From assembly GCA_030390025.1 (NCBI GenBank), contig CM059432.1, positions 42,720,001 to 42,784,000 on the forward strand: a stretch of 64,000 bases of DNA, in the 5' to 3' direction. Both the position numbers and the translations under genes were made by a program. The first letter of the stretch is position 1. Each line of letters begins with the position of its first letter. This DNA comes from Squalus acanthias (lineage: Eukaryota). Shown one piece after another: positions 1 to 13,423 of the stretch. Below the pieces are notes generated by a model. That model had not been told where the DNA came from. It did no database searches and saw only the letters and a list, made by a program, of their open reading frames with translations.

Positions 1-608
1 GAGTGAGGAAGTCTTGCTGCAATTATATAGGGCTTTGGTGAGACTACACCTGGAGTACTGTGTACAGTTTTGCTCCCTTTACCTAAGGAAGGATATACTT
101 GCATTAGAGGGGGTGCAACAAAGGTTCACTAGGTTGATTCCTGGGATGAGAAGGCTGTCCTATGAGGAGAGATCGAGTAGAATGGGCCTATATTCTCTGA
201 AGTTTAGAAGAATGAGAGGCGGTCTCATTAAAACAAATACAATTCTTAGAGGGCTTGACAGGGTAGATGCTGAGAGGCTGTTTCCCCTGGCTGGGGAGTC
301 TAGAACCAGGGGTCATAGTTTCAGAATAAGGCGTCGGCCATTTAGGACTGAGACAAGGAAAGATTTCTTCACTCAGAGGGTTGTGAACCTTTGGAATTCT
401 CTACCCCAGAGGGCTGTGGATGCTCAGTCGATGAGTATATTCAAGACTGAGATCGATAGATTTTTGGGCATTAAGGGAATCAAGAGATTTGGGGATAGGG
501 CGGGAAAGTGGAGTTGATGTAGAAGATCAGACATGATCTTATTGAATGGCGGAGCAGGCTCGAGGGGCTGTATGGCCTACTCCTACTTCTATTTCTTATG
601 TTCTTATA
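1..608 (+). mobile_element. CR1 LINE 3' fragment (ORF2 C-terminus, 3' UTR and TTCTTATG tail), cut by the window edge
   Basis: ORF 14..517 has CR1 C-terminal motifs (LVRLHLEYCVQF, FFTQRVVNLWNSLP), then the GGAGCAGGCTCGAGGGG 3' UTR hairpin and a ttcttatgttcttat tail. Confidence 0.95.
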
Positions 609-1440
609 TTGATATAATAGTATGAATTTTTTCTGCCACATGTGTTGTCTGATGAGCAGTAATTTAGTTGCAGCACTTTTTTTCTCTGAATTATTTTCAT
701 TGCCATGGTACACACCTCCTACAAGCACATTTTACTCTTTCTCCAAACATGTACACTAACTTTCTTGCAGCTCTACTGTCTTACTCCATCTTATCATTCT
801 CCTGTCTGGCTTGCCCCTCTCATTTTACCAGTCATGCTGTCACCATATATGTACTCATTGTTCTGACATTTCCCTCACAATTTTGCAGCTGTGCCTTTTG
901 GCATGTCTCTCAGGCCCTGAATTTTCTGGTCGTATCTACACATTTCTGTACATCTCACCTCAAATGCAAGACTACGACAAAAAAAACAAAGAAGTTTGGG
1001 GCCCCTTGTCTCCACCTCTACCCAACTGTTTTCTTTGCTATTAAGACAAGTTAAAGTCCAGCTGTTGGCTCACTATTACATAGCTACACAACATATGGTG
1101 CAAATAAAGTAAAATAAATTAATTTAATGGTGGTATAGGGAGAAATAAATGATTTTTGACACTGAACTATGTAACTCCTTCAGGCTTACAGTCTTGAGGT
1201 CCAGTGTCACTTAGTTTATTCTAGTGCTCTCTGCTTTATGTTAAAAACATTTTCAACATAAAGTAATTGAATTTGAATTTAATTTTATTTTACCTAGTGT
1301 ATTAACCAGCAATCATATTTAAAAATGCCCTTTCAAACAAATGTGAATTTTGTCAGTTTTCTTAGATTATCTCACTATCATGTGGTGGTTATTTTTTCTT
1401 ATGGAGGGGAAACAGGACATGAATAGCTCACTGCAGTCAA

Positions 1441-2050
1441 AATGTGCTCCCAACAGCTGGTCACAGATTGCCATCTATACCATTGTTGAAGTCTACATAC
1501 CATAGCTTCTGTTGTGTCAAAGAGGAAAAGGATGGTACAAAATGAGTCAGATGAAATATGTTCAATATGTAGGACAGTAACAGTTGAAATTTAATGTAGA
1601 CAACTGTAAAATGTTGCACATGGAAAGAAAAATGGGAAACAAAGCATTTCATGAATGGTATTGAAATACCTATGGGTTGAAAGGCATCTAAGGATTTTAA
1701 TAGACTCACCACTTAACATGTCCAATCACTGCTAAGTAGAAATTAGGAAAGCAAATACAATACTGAACGAATAGCCAAGGCAGTGGGAGTACAAATTGGA
1801 GAAAGTCCTGATTGAATTATACAATGCCTTCTGGTCATACCACACTTGAGTACATTGTGCTGCTGAGATGCAAAAGAAACAGTTAAGAGCTGAAGGCAAT
1901 GCAGAGAATAGGCACAAGACCGATCCCCGTATTCTAGGACTCAAGAAAGAAGCAAGACTGAAGAATTTGGGCTTTTCTCATTGAAAGGAGGCAACTAAGA
2001 GGGACCCCATAGATGCACATCAAAGACAGTTTAGAAAATGTAAATCTGGA
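1441..2050 (+). mobile_element. Highly degraded CR1 ORF2 fragment
   Basis: Residual similarity to the CR1 post-RT region (tttaatgtagacaactgtaaaatgttgcaca; ccacacttgagtacattgtgc). No open frame. Confidence 0.6.
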
Positions 2051-2070
2051 GCCCTGGTAAAACTGAGGTT

Positions 2071-2660
2071 CATAGAATCATAGAAATGGACAGCATAGAA
2101 GGAGGCCATTTGGCCTGTTGTGCCTGTGCTGGCTCTTTGAAAGAGCAATAGTGCTTAGTCTCACATCCCGCTTTTCATCCGTAACCCTGTAAATTCCTCA
2201 TCCTCCAGTACCTGTCCAACTCCCTTTTTTAAATTATTTATGGAATCAGCTTCCAATATCATTTCAGGTAGAACGTTCCCGATCCCGACAACTTTCCGAG
2301 TGAAAATGTTTCTCCTCATCTCATCTCTCTAGATCTTTTTCCAATAATTTTGAATCTATGACCTCTAGTTATTGACCCACTCGCCAGAGGGAATACTTTT
2401 TCCCTCAAAAGCTCTCATCATCTTGAAAACCTCTATTCGGTAATTTCTTAACCTTCTCTGTTCAGCATAACAGTCATAACTTTTCCAACCTCTCCTCATA
2501 ACTGAACTCCCTCATCCCTGGTAACAACCTGGTAAACCTCCTCTGTACCCTTTCTAATGTCTTTACAACTTTCCTGAAGTGTGCAGGCCCAGAATTGTCC
2601 ACAACACTCCAGCTGAGGCCTAATCAGTGATTTATAAAGTTCTAGAATGATCTTTTTGAT
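2071..2660 (-). mobile_element. CR1 3' fragment
   Basis: Starts with catagaatcatagaa (reverse tail). ORF 2496..2690 reads LYKSLIRPQLECCGQFW. Confidence 0.85.
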
Positions 2661-2669
2661 TAATATGCA

Positions 2670-3905
2670 ATCAAAGGGAAAACCCTCCAAGGTCTGGAAT
2701 CATAACTGACACAAAGGAAGTTGGTTGTAGTTGTCAGAGGCTGATCATTGCAGCCCCAGGATATCACTGCAGTAGTTCCTCAGGAAGCGACCTCAGCCCA
2801 ACCATCTTCAGCAGCTTTAATGATCTTCCTTTTGTCACAAGGTCAGGAGTCGACTATTTCTACAATATTCAGCTCCCTTCACAACTCCTCTGATAATGAA
2901 GGAGCTCATGCCAGCAGAACTTAGACAACATTCACTAACAAGTAACAGGTGACATTTGTGCTACATAAATAGCAGGCAATGATTATCTCCAACAAGAAAA
3001 AGCCCAACCATCTCCTCCGATCTTCAATGGCGCTACCATCACTGAGTCCCCACTATCAAGACCTTGGGGGCCACCATTGATCAGAAACATATAAGAACAT
3101 AAGAAATAGGAGCAGGAGCAGGCCGTTCGGCCCCTCGAGCCTGCCCGCCATTCAATACGATCATGGCTGATCTGATCTTGGCCTCAACGCCACTTTCCCG
3201 CCCGCTCCCCATAACCCTTGACTCCCCTGTAGCTCAAATATATGTCTATCTCTGCCTTGAATATATTCAATGACTCCGCCTCCACAGCTCTCTGGGGTAG
3301 AGAATTCCAAAGATATCAGAATTGTGACTACACGAGCGCAGCAGAAGGCTGAGTAATCTATGAGGAATGGGTCACCTTCCAAACCCTCAAAGTCTCTCCA
3401 TCATCTACAAGGTCCAAGTCATGACTGTTATGGAATACTCACTACCTGGATAATTGCAGGTATAGCAACACTCAAGAAGCTTGACATCATCTAAGACAAT
3501 TCACTTAATGGGTGCCCGTGTTATTAGACTCCACAATCCATATCCTTCATAACCGATGCACTGTGCTGCACTATGTATAATCTACAAGGGGTTTGGCAGC
3601 AAGTAACCAAGCTTACTTCGACAGCACTTTTCCTCCCCCATGACCTCGACCACCAAGGACAAGAGCAACAATATATGGGAACTTGGGTTACCTCCAAGTT
3701 CCCCTCCAAGTCACACACCATCCTGACTTGGACACGTATTGTTGCTAGGTCACTATCCTGCAATTACCTACCCTACACCATTGTGGGAGCACCATCATCA
3801 CAGAGATGGCAGAAGTTCAACTTTAGTTCATCCTAGTTGCCCACAACCACCTTGTCAGGACAACTAGAGTTGGACAATATAAATGCAGCCTTGCTAGCAT
3901 CACCC
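2670..3905 (+). mobile_element. Degraded second LINE lineage (CR1/L2-group, 'family 2'), interrupted by a CR1 3' end at about 3088-3312 (-)
   Basis: Similar to the reverse complement of 6420-7740 and 43310-46180 (ccaaccatcttcagc; ctccaagttcccctccaagtcacacaccatcctgacttgg). The insert starts acatataagaacataagaaataggagcagg. Confidence 0.8.
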
Positions 3906-4119
3906 ACGTCCAGAGAAATTTGCAGGACATGCTGCAAAAACTCCATTTATGCGTGTAAGCAGGGTGTCCACTGCATTTCCATGAACTTACGACAGCAGAG
4001 CAGGAGCAGCTCTGCGGAAATTCCTGGCTTTTGTCTCGAAAATGTAATCAGGGGAGAGAGCATCATGAACAATAATTCTGTAGAAAGAGGAGTTCTCTTG
4101 TGTTTTATGGTTAATGCAG

Positions 4120-4505
4120 TTCATTTTCTTAATTCATTCTCAGGTGTGGGCATCGCCTTGATTGTCCATTCCTGGTTGCCCTTGAGAATGTGGTGGTGAG
4201 CCGCCTTCTTCAACCACTGCAGTCTGTGTGGTGAAGGTGCTCCCACAATGTTGTTAGGTAGGGAGTTGCAGGATTTTGACTCCGTGACGAAGGAACGGTG
4301 ATATGGCCAAATCAGGATGGTGTGTGACTTGGAGGGAAGCCTAGATGTGATGGCGTTCCCTTGCACCTGCTGTCCTTATCCTTCTCGGTGGTGGAGGTCC
4401 TGGGTTTGGGAGGTGCTGCCGAAGAAACCTTGGTTACTTTCTGCATGCAACCTGTAGATAATACACATTACAGCCACGCTATGCTGGTGGCGGAGGAGTG
4501 GAGTA
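4120..4505 (-). mobile_element. LINE family 2, 3' end
   Basis: Matches 43310-43660 (gtggtggtgagccgccttctt...ggtgaagg). Confidence 0.8.
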
Positions 4506-4757
4506 TTTCCAGTAACTGATTTGATGTTAAATCTATGGTAATTCAGACTGTGAAAGTCCCCATTCAGAATGTTCCTGTTTGAGATGTTAAACTGCTTCTT
4601 TAGATCTCCCAGAGGTCCCTTTTGAGCTTTAGGCAATTTGCACTTTATCCGTTCTTTAGACTACCTTTATTAGGATTTGGTAGGAGAATAGTCAACAGCT
4701 TCTGCTCATGACTAAAGTAATTTGCCATTATTGGATCTGTGTGTTTTTAGCTACGAA

Positions 4758-4890
4758 GAGGTAGATTTTCAGCTTGCCACCCAGGCATGAAATTGGTGTG
4801 GCATCAGCCACCCGTTCTAGAAATCCTCTAATGGGCGACTGATTCACAACACCACTTTTACACCTGGGGGGTAAGTTGAATATCTACCCC
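4758..4890. mobile_element. Short Harbinger-type MITE (about 133 bp)
   Basis: Ends GAGGTAGATTTTCAGCTT...AAGTTGAATATCTACCCC are inverted repeats and resemble the GGGGTAGAAATT end of the autonomous element. No clean TSD. Confidence 0.6.
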
Positions 4891-6419
4891 TTTGTATGTA
4901 GTTCCAGTAGCTTATTTGACAGTTGTTTACCAAGTGCACCATTTTTGTGGTAAAACTTTAATCCAGGGCCAGAAGTGTTGTCTAGACGAGGAATCCTTGG
5001 TGGAGACAAATGTTGCAGCAGGGAAATCTTCAAATAAGGAAAGCCCATCATCACAAGGGAAAGATTATTACTTCAGTAAGCATCCCAAATTTCTTCTGCA
5101 GTTAGGGCAACTCGTAGCAGAAACTGTCACAGATCAAAAAATTCCTAAAGACCATCTCATTGCAGCAGGAAGCTATGATAAATGCCTTTGGGCTTGGTAT
5201 TTGCCCTGTTGTCCAACATTTACTTGTGTGCTTGGCTGCAGATTTAATGTTCTCTTTTGGGGCCACTGACCCAGCAGGTTGAAACTGGTGGTGAATAGCT
5301 ACTTCACTATAGGTTTAGGGGTGTGAAAAAATAGCAGAATCCTAAGACTACCTAAGGACTGGTATGCAGGTTTAATTTTGGTTTTATATAAATGTTCTTT
5401 CAGTCGATAAAAGCAGCGACCCAGCAGTAATAAACAGAGTTTTATATGGTAATACATACAAAAGATGCATTATCTTCCATACTGTACAGTTTTTGTCATC
5501 CTGCCACCTAAAAAAACAAATCAACATTTTTATTTTACAGTTTACACTCGGCAATAGTGATCTTAGAATGCCTTCCCAGAAGCAAAGACAAGAATGTTGG
5601 ATATGACCATGCTAATGCAACTAGGAATAGCAATGGTTATTTCAAACAGTCCTGCTGTCCACTGGCCTCAGCAGATGGAGCTTGCAGTTGTGTGTCACTT
5701 GTTTATTACATCCTGTTAAGATTAGGAGCTGTGTGGCCAGATGGGTCTGTGAGCACAGCTGTGGATACAGGAAAATAAATGGAAGCTCTCTTGCACAGTC
5801 TTAGCCTCTTGAGATGTACGAATGTTGCGATTAGAACAAAAAAGCTCTTAAACAGTCTGCAGATGTTTTTGTTATAGATAAACTATCCATAAATGGGCAT
5901 AAACATTCTAATAGTTAAAAATTATATGGAGCTTGTGTGAATTAATTTAACCAGTATATTTTTGGTGATGTTGCAAGACAAAGCTTTTGATCTTGTAATT
6001 ATTTTCTGTTTTTCTGCTCCCTACTCTCTTCCATAGCCGCAACTCTTCTGCTTACACTATAAAATGGTCCAGATCACAGTCTTTTTGACAGCCATCTGTG
6101 CCAGTTCATGATCAGCCAGGATAGGATTACTCCTGCCACTTCTTATTTTAAATGTAGGCCTTCACCCCTTTCCAAATTGGGGAGTATTCCACTGTACTGC
6201 AGTGTTCCAGCTGGTTGTACAACTAAAAACAGGCAAAACTTACCCAGAGATGGCAGACTTGTTCAAATATTAGTCACAGATGTGATTCAAATTCATTGTA
6301 CTTTGGTTGGGAGCTGGCCACTACAGCTGTGATGCCAGAAGAGCTATTTTAACTTTGTTGTCAACAAAAGAGAACATTTTTCCTTGGGCCATGCTTTAGA
6401 AAAACACATATTTTTATAT

Positions 6420-7740
6420 TCCACGGTGCACCGGTGGTGGAGGGAGTGAATGTTTAAGGTGGTGGATGGGGTGCAAATAAAGCGGGCTGCTTTGTCCTGG
6501 ATCGTGTTGAGCTTCTTGAATGTTGTTGGAGCTGCACTCATCCAGGCAAATGGAGAATATTCCATCACACTCCTGACTTGTGCCTTGTAGATGGTGGAAA
6601 GGCTTTGGGGAGTCAGGAGGTGAGACACTTGTCGCAGAATTCCCAGCCTCTGACCTGCTCTTGGAGCCACAGTATTTATGTGGCTGATCCAGTTAAGTTT
6701 CTGGTCAATGGTGACCCCCAGGATGTTGATGGTGGGGGATTTGACGATGGTAATGCCATTGAATGTCAAAGGGAGGTGGTTAGACTCTCTCTTGTTGGAG
6801 ATAGTCATTGCCTGGCACTTGTGTGGCACAAATGTTACTTGCCACATATTAGCCCAAGCCTGAGTATTGCCCAGGCCTTGCTGCATGCAGGCACAGACTG
6901 CTGCATTATCTGAGAAGTTGCGAATGGAACTGAACAGTGCAATCATTAGCGAACATCCCCACTTCTGACCTTATGATGGAGGGAAGGTAATTCATGAAGC
7001 AGCTGAAGATGGTTGGGCCTACAACACTGCCCTGAGGAACTCCTGCAACAATGTCCTAGGGCTGAGATGATTGGCCTCCAACAACCATCTTCCTTTGTGC
7101 TATGTATGACTCCAGCCAGTGGAGAGTTTTCCCTCTGATTCTCATTGACTTCAATTTTACTAGGGCTCCTTGATGTCACACTCGATCAAATGCTGCCTTG
7201 ATGTCAAGGGCAGTCACTCTCACCTCACCTCTGCAATTCAGCTCTTTTGTCCATGTTTGGACCAAGGCTGTAATGAGGTCTGGAGACGGATGGTTCTGGC
7301 GGAACCCAAACTGAGCATCGTTGAGCAGGTTATTGGTGAGTAAGTGCCGCTTGATAGCACTGACAATGACACCTTCCATCACTTTGCTGATAATTGAGAG
7401 TAGGTTGATGGAGCATTAATTGGCCGGATTGGAGTTGTCCTGCTTTTTGTGGACAGGTCATACCTGGGCAATTTTCCACATAGTTGCGTAGATGCCAGTA
7501 TTGTAGCTGTACTGGAATAGGTTGGCTAGAGGCACGGCTAGTACTGGAGCCCGTCTTCTGCACGGCAGCCAGGATGTTGTTGTTGGCCCATAGCCTTTGG
7601 TGTATTCAGTGCGTTCAACCGTTTCTTGATAGCACTAATCAAATTGGCTGTAGACTGGCTTCTGCAATGGTGGGGACCTCAGGATTAGGCCGAGATGGAT
7701 CATCCACTTGGCACTTCTGGCTGAAGATGGTTGCAAACGG
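6420..7740 (-). mobile_element. LINE family 2 RT-region fragment (frameshifted)
   Basis: ORFs 7176..7382 (QFGFR, ALDIKAAFDRV) and 6344..6946 (RAGQRLGILR, IYKAQVRSVMEYS). Confidence 0.9.
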
Positions 7741-7774
7741 TCCGTCCATTTTTATTCTTCTTATTCTTTGCCGT

Positions 7775-8040
7775 AGCAGTTTGGTATAACTGAGTAGCTT
7801 GCTAGGCCATTTCAGTTAAGAGTCAACCACATTGCTGTGAATGTGGAGTCACATATCAGCCAGATCGGGTAAAGACAGCAGAATTCCAGATGGGTTTTTA
7901 CGACCATCCGGTAGTTACATGGTCATCATAACTGGTACTAGCTTTTTATTCCAGATTTATTTAATTTGAACTCATGTCTCCAGATCATTAGTCCAGGCCT
8001 CTGGTTTACTAGTCCAGTAACATAACCACTATGCTACCAT
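7775..8040 (-). mobile_element. tRNA-derived SINE, same family as 11190-11595
   Basis: Shared blocks ttaagagtc...ggagtca...ggtaa(a/g)gac(a/g)gcaga and agtccaggcctctgg.ttacta.tccagtaacataacca. Confidence 0.7.
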
Positions 8041-8981
8041 TGCTGTCTCTCTCGTTGACATTTCCCCCTCAGAACTACGGTAAGTTGCTGAAGCTTTTTG
8101 CATTTATAACATGTTTAATCCAGCTTCTGCTGGTGTGAGATGTTTCAAAATGATGTGCAAAAAATAAAATTCTAGGAACTTTTTCTTCAGGGGAGAAAAT
8201 TCAAACATTTGGCAAAGGAGCTTACTAAAACAAGGGATAACTTTGTCAGGTTGCCAATCAGCGTCAGAGTGTTGAAATTCCTGGACTGTGGGTGGAAAAG
8301 AAGCTAATGAAGTATCCAGTATCACCAGAGATACAGAGCAGTAACAAAAGACGACCATGGGCTTTAGAAGTATGGTTGGGTTCAAAGTGGCACACAACAA
8401 ACAGAAAAGGATGGAGCTGCAGATTAATCATCCACTTTGATTCTGGTAAGATTATATCTGTGTACCAAATAAAATCATGTCATTTACTACATACATATAA
8501 CAAATACTGGTAGATTAGCTTGATGTAAATGACTAACTAAATATGTTTTTAAATAATTATTTATTGTCCTCTTTTATCTCATTCCATTAGTTTAAATTTG
8601 AATTTAAAAAGTTTCATAGATTAACTGATAAAAATCATCAATTAATATTTTCACAGATTATTCCTCCACATCCCAAGCCACACATGCCTGGAGGGGAGGA
8701 GAGGAGCCCATCATGGTATGGAGAATGAATAGGACTTCAACAAAGAGGAGTGATAGAATTGAAAAGATTGCCAGAACTAATATCCAAGGAGAAGAAGGGA
8801 AACAGGAAGACTCCGTGGAAGGAAGATGCTTTCAGAGCAGGAAATCTGTAAGGCCATCTCTGGAAGAGCAAATGACTGAGATAAAAGGCACACAGCATAC
8901 ATAGTGATCAGGAGTACAAACCACAAACCTCTCTCTTCTCACTAAGAGATAGACAGAGATGCCTCCAGTTTTAAAGACTAC

Positions 8982-9857
8982 GGCCGGAATTTTGCCAGCG
9001 CTCAGGGGGCAGGTTTGGAGGCGGGACTTCCGGCAAAATCGCAAAGATTGACAGCGGGTCAGAAACCCGCTGTCAAGCCGCCTCCAAACAATCTTCCCAG
9101 GTGTCGGGTCCCCGATTTGCGCATGGACCCGACACCTAGTGGCAGGAAGAGGATTATAGGCACTTAACTGCTTGTTAACAGGTTGTTAACAGGCAGTTAA
9201 GAGGCTTTTTGTAATTTTGACAGGTCTACTGCAGGCTTCCCGACGTCTGGACACCACGCCAGGTAAGTGTGGCGTGCTGTGAGTCTACTGTAATGTTTCT
9301 GCATTGATGACAGCTGCAGAAGTGGTGTGAAGGATCCAATGGTACACTGTGAGTTTCAGAGGTAAGGAAATGTTGGGGAAATCATTTTTAATGCATTTGC
9401 ACTTTTCTGTAGGTGACAAGTTTTGGATTGTGTGTGTAGTCCCACCTCATTGGGAGAACCTCTCTCACCAGTGACAGATTGCTTCTGTAACCTCACCTGC
9501 AGCTGCCATCTGTTCTAGCCTAAGGAGGGAGTCACTGGAGATCCTGGGTGCAAGGGCTTACCTTTGTACAGTGATCGTCAGTGTTTGCAGCACCTCAGTG
9601 CTGTTAAACACTGAAAATTCAGCTGTCAAAAAAAATTGTGCGTGGCCCCTTTAAGAAAACCGGCAGATGACGCGTCATCAGCTGACGTCATCTGACACCA
9701 GTTTCCTCTTAATTGGCCGGCAAGCCCACAAGGCGGGCTTAGCAAGGCCAATTAACGCAAAATCGCGTCTGTGCATCTGATGTCGTTGGGGGCGGGACTG
9801 GAACCCGGAAGGCAGCTGTCCCGCCCTCAAGCCGCATCGATAGGAAAAATCGTGGCC
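8982..9857. mobile_element. Non-autonomous Harbinger-type element (family B related)
   Basis: Ends GGCCGGAATTTT...AAAAATCGTGGCC. Shares TTTGGAGGCGGG, GTTAACAGGCAGTTAA and GGCCAATTAA blocks with 27653-28485 and 63255-63633 (opposite orientation), and an internal block with 43060-43115. Confidence 0.75.
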
Positions 9858-9964
9858 ACTGAGTCCATGCACGTTACCATACAGTCTATTTTACATCAGT
9901 TGTACAGAAGCACTTCTTCTATTACAAGTGTTAAAGTGAGCCAAGCATGTTTGCTCAATAATTA

Positions 9965-10375
9965 GTCTCCTTAGCTCAGTTAGTAACACATTTAATTCTG
10001 GTCAAAAGAAGGCTGTGGGTTTGAATCCCATGGCAGGACACTCCAGTGAAGTACTGAGGAAGTGCTGTACTGTCTGCGCTGCTTCAGATGAAAGATTATG
10101 TTGATGTCATATTTGCCTCTTCAGGTAAATTTATAGATCCCATGGCATTATTTAAAAAAAGAGCTGGTAATTCACTGTGGCCAATGTCTTCCCAAAGTCA
10201 AAACAACAAAAAACACTAATTGGTCAATTATCTCTTTGTTGTTTGTGGGATGTTATTATTACAGAATTATTGCTGTGCTTGGCTACATAACAAGTGTCAC
10301 TGCATTCCAAAGAATAATTAATTGTGTGAAGCATTTTGAGACCATTTGATGTAATAAACCTCATTATAAATGCAA
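9965..10375 (+). mobile_element. Degraded Deu-domain tRNA-derived SINE
   Basis: tagctcagtt A-box-like head, gtactgaggaagtgctg and gatcccatggca core. Similar to 40475-41260. Confidence 0.7.
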
Positions 10376-11189
10376 ATATTTGTGTTTGTAATGTTTCTTG
10401 TATTTCTACAAAATCAGTAAATGTTTATAAGAAAACGACTTATTTTTACAATAAGTCCGTGGAGCAGCTGCACAAAGCTGGTGTCGGGAGGCCCGAAGCA
10501 TTTTCAGTTCAGGCCTCATTTGACTGGCGTGGGTGTCAAACAGGTGCCCTGCTGCAGCTCGCTGGTTCTGGGAGGACAGGAGATCGGTTGCTTCCCATGC
10601 TGGGCCGGTCGGCAGATCAGGTGTTTGGGTGGGGGTCGGGGGGAGGCCAGGCGAAGCAAGGCAAGGGTTCCTTAAGTGAGCCGGTTGTGTGTTCAGGAGG
10701 TCAAAAATAAAATTAAAGTTAAAAATTTTCCTTGGCCGTCTTTTGAGTGGCCTACAACGGTTCCTTTAAGAACCGTTGGTTAGGCCGCTCAACGCTTGGT
10801 ACAAATGGGTAGAGCGTACTCTGCACATTCGTACCTAAAAATTGCAGGCACGGTCCTATAGCTGGCGTAGGACCACAATTTGCATGTGGAAGCAGCCTCC
10901 ACCAGAAATAAGTGGGTGGGCTGCGCGCTCAAGCATCGGGCAAACCTTGTGCGTCAATAGCTTCCCTTCTCTAGCTGTAATTCACTTTATGACCTCTTTC
11001 TCGCTCTCCTAATCCAGCTCAGAATGAGACCAAGCTAACCTTTACAACAGTGCTGCAGACACCAGACTAATCAGGAGCAAAAACAACATGTGAACGCACT
11101 TACACATGACCTGCTAGGTCCTCTACACAGAAAATATTACACCCTTTGATCCCATTTTCAAGTTCAGTTTCTGGCACAATTTTTTTTTA

Positions 11190-11595
11190 AATTTATTCTC
11201 AAGATGTGGGCATCGCTGGCAAGATCAGCCTTTATTGCCATCCCCAGTTGCCCTGAGCAAGTGGTGGTGGGCTGTCTTCTGAAGCAATATTCTTTTGTAG
11301 CGGTTTGATGCAACTGGGTGTTTGCTAGGCAAGTAAAGAGGGCAGTTAAGAGTCTATCATGTTGATGTGGAACTGGAGTCAAATATAGGCCATACCTGGT
11401 AAGGACGGCAGATTTCTTTCCCTAAAGGACATTAATGAACCAATTGGGTTTAACAAGTTGATTGTCAACATTTACCAGCTTTTTAAAAACTGAATTCAAG
11501 TTCTCAAACTGCCATGGTGGGTGTTTGCATTCTCTGCATTAATTAGTCCAGGCCTCTGGATTACTAATCCAGTAACATAACCATTACACTACCAT
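11190..11595 (-). mobile_element. tRNA-derived SINE whose 3' tail matches LINE family 2
   Basis: 11200-11285 (gatgtgggcatc...tttattgcc.atccc...ttgccctga...gtggtggtg) matches the LINE ends at 4140-4210 and 43318-43390. Confidence 0.75.
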
Positions 11596-12627
11596 ACTCT
11601 TTTCTCCCATGGGATTTCCTTAGTTATATACATGTGCAAGGTGCTTTGCGTGATGCTAATAAATAATTTGTTGCATAATATTAAAAGTGAAACTTAATAT
11701 TGTTACTGTCATTTTCAGTCCAGTATTAGTTAAAGATCACCTATTGCTTAAAGTACATCAATTGTACTAGAGTTTACATGAAGGATAATGAAGCCCAAAA
11801 GTTGAAACAACTTATAGCAGATTCATATTTAGAAAAAATGAATAAACATGTGTAAAACAGCAAGACTTATTACACCTTACTTCAGATTTAACTTACCATA
11901 TTTTTAGTACCCAATCCACCCAAAATCAGGATGATACTATTCTGATTTATTCAAATATTTCCTATTTGGCTCCTAATAATTGTCATAATTGCTAATTTAG
12001 TCAAACCCGCCAGTTCTTTTAGGGGCGTGTTTAATATTACTTGGTGAGAGCAGAGTAGCAGTGGTACCATATTATAGTCAGTAGTGAGTATGCAGATATC
12101 ACCCCACTTAGTATAATCTAATATTATCCTTGGAAGTGAACAGAATTTTTCTTTTCTATTTTCTTTTCCTTGTTAGTGAGAACTAATTTGTTTCAGAGTA
12201 AACATTTTTTTTTCAATTGTGTAGAGTTTAGAAAGACTGTTAGACATTAAGGCCTAACATTTGCGCTGCCTCCGACCTGTAAAATATCTTCACATTTACC
12301 TGGTGGCCCGGGAGATACGGAGGCTTGCGATCCTTGGCCTCTCCGAGTACCCGCGGGCAGAGGCCCACGTATCCCAGGGGCGCTTGCGGTTCGTAGGCGC
12401 TCCTGGGATCATGTGGGCTGGCCCAACCAATAAAAGAAGGGAATCCCCATTCATACTTATGGGAGTTCTGTACGTACGGAATCCCGAAAAGTATGAATGG
12501 GGATCACTTAAAAAATACACGAACACATGAAATAAATTTAGAAAAAATTACATATTTCAAATTAATTAAAATGCCATTTAATTAAATATTTTAAACAAAA
12601 ATTTAATTTTTTGAAAAAAAAAGTTAT

Positions 12628-13314
12628 GGCCCTGAATTTCCGATCGGAGGCTTCCTGTGGGCGGATGCCTCCAATCGGAAAAAATCTACGCATTTACCTG
12701 CTGGTTCCGTAGATCCCGAGGCTTGCGCAGAGGCCCATGTATCCCAGGGGCGCATGCGGTTCGCAAGCGCCCCTGGGATCACATGGGCCAGGTGAACCAA
12801 TGAAAGAAGGGAATCCCCCTTCATACTTCTGACAGTTCTGTACGCACAGAACTGTCAAAAGCACGAATGGGGATCACATTTAAACACGCACTGAAATATT
12901 AAATACATTTTTTTTAAACTACATATTTAAAATTAATTAAAATGACGTTTAATTAAGTATTTTAAACAAAAATTAAATTTTTTGAAGAAAAAAAATTAAA
13001 TTTTTTACCGGGCTAAAAATAAACATACCTTTTTGAAGAGTTTTTTTAATTTATAAATGAGTTACCAAGTTGCATTTTTCTATTTTTTGAAACTCTTAAG
13101 CTGGTAAAAGCAGGCCTTACGCCTGCTTTTACCAGGTGTAAGAATTTGACAGTCATTCAGCAGACGAAAGTTGTGCAAAAAGCCCAACTCTCCACCCGCA
13201 GAGGTACATTTCTTGTGCATGCGGATGATCTGTCAAGACAGATCGCAAGTGCTGGCTTTTAGCGCATGTGCTTCGCTCCTTGTACGCATCCGTAGGGGTC
13301 ACAAAATCCGGCCC
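12628..13314. mobile_element. Harbinger-type MITE family A, inner copy
   Basis: TIRs GGCCCTGAATTT / AAAATCCGGCCC, flanks tat/tgt. Paralogous to the element it sits in. Confidence 0.85.
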
Positions 13315-13423
13315 TGTATGTTTTAATGGGGCTAAAAATAAACTTACCTTATTGGACAGGGTTTTTAATGTATAAATGAGTGATAACATTTTATTTTTCT
13401 ATTTTTTAAAACTCTTATGCTGG

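Noticed and set aside
668..1054. 128-aa ORF and the many other short ORFs in non-repeat DNA
   Set aside because: No recognisable domains or splice structure. They are consistent with chance ORFs or antisense frames of LINEs.
5520..5778. Possible extra exon after tttttattttacag (73-aa ORF)
   Set aside because: No similarity to TRIQK or any protein I recognise, and no clear donor site.
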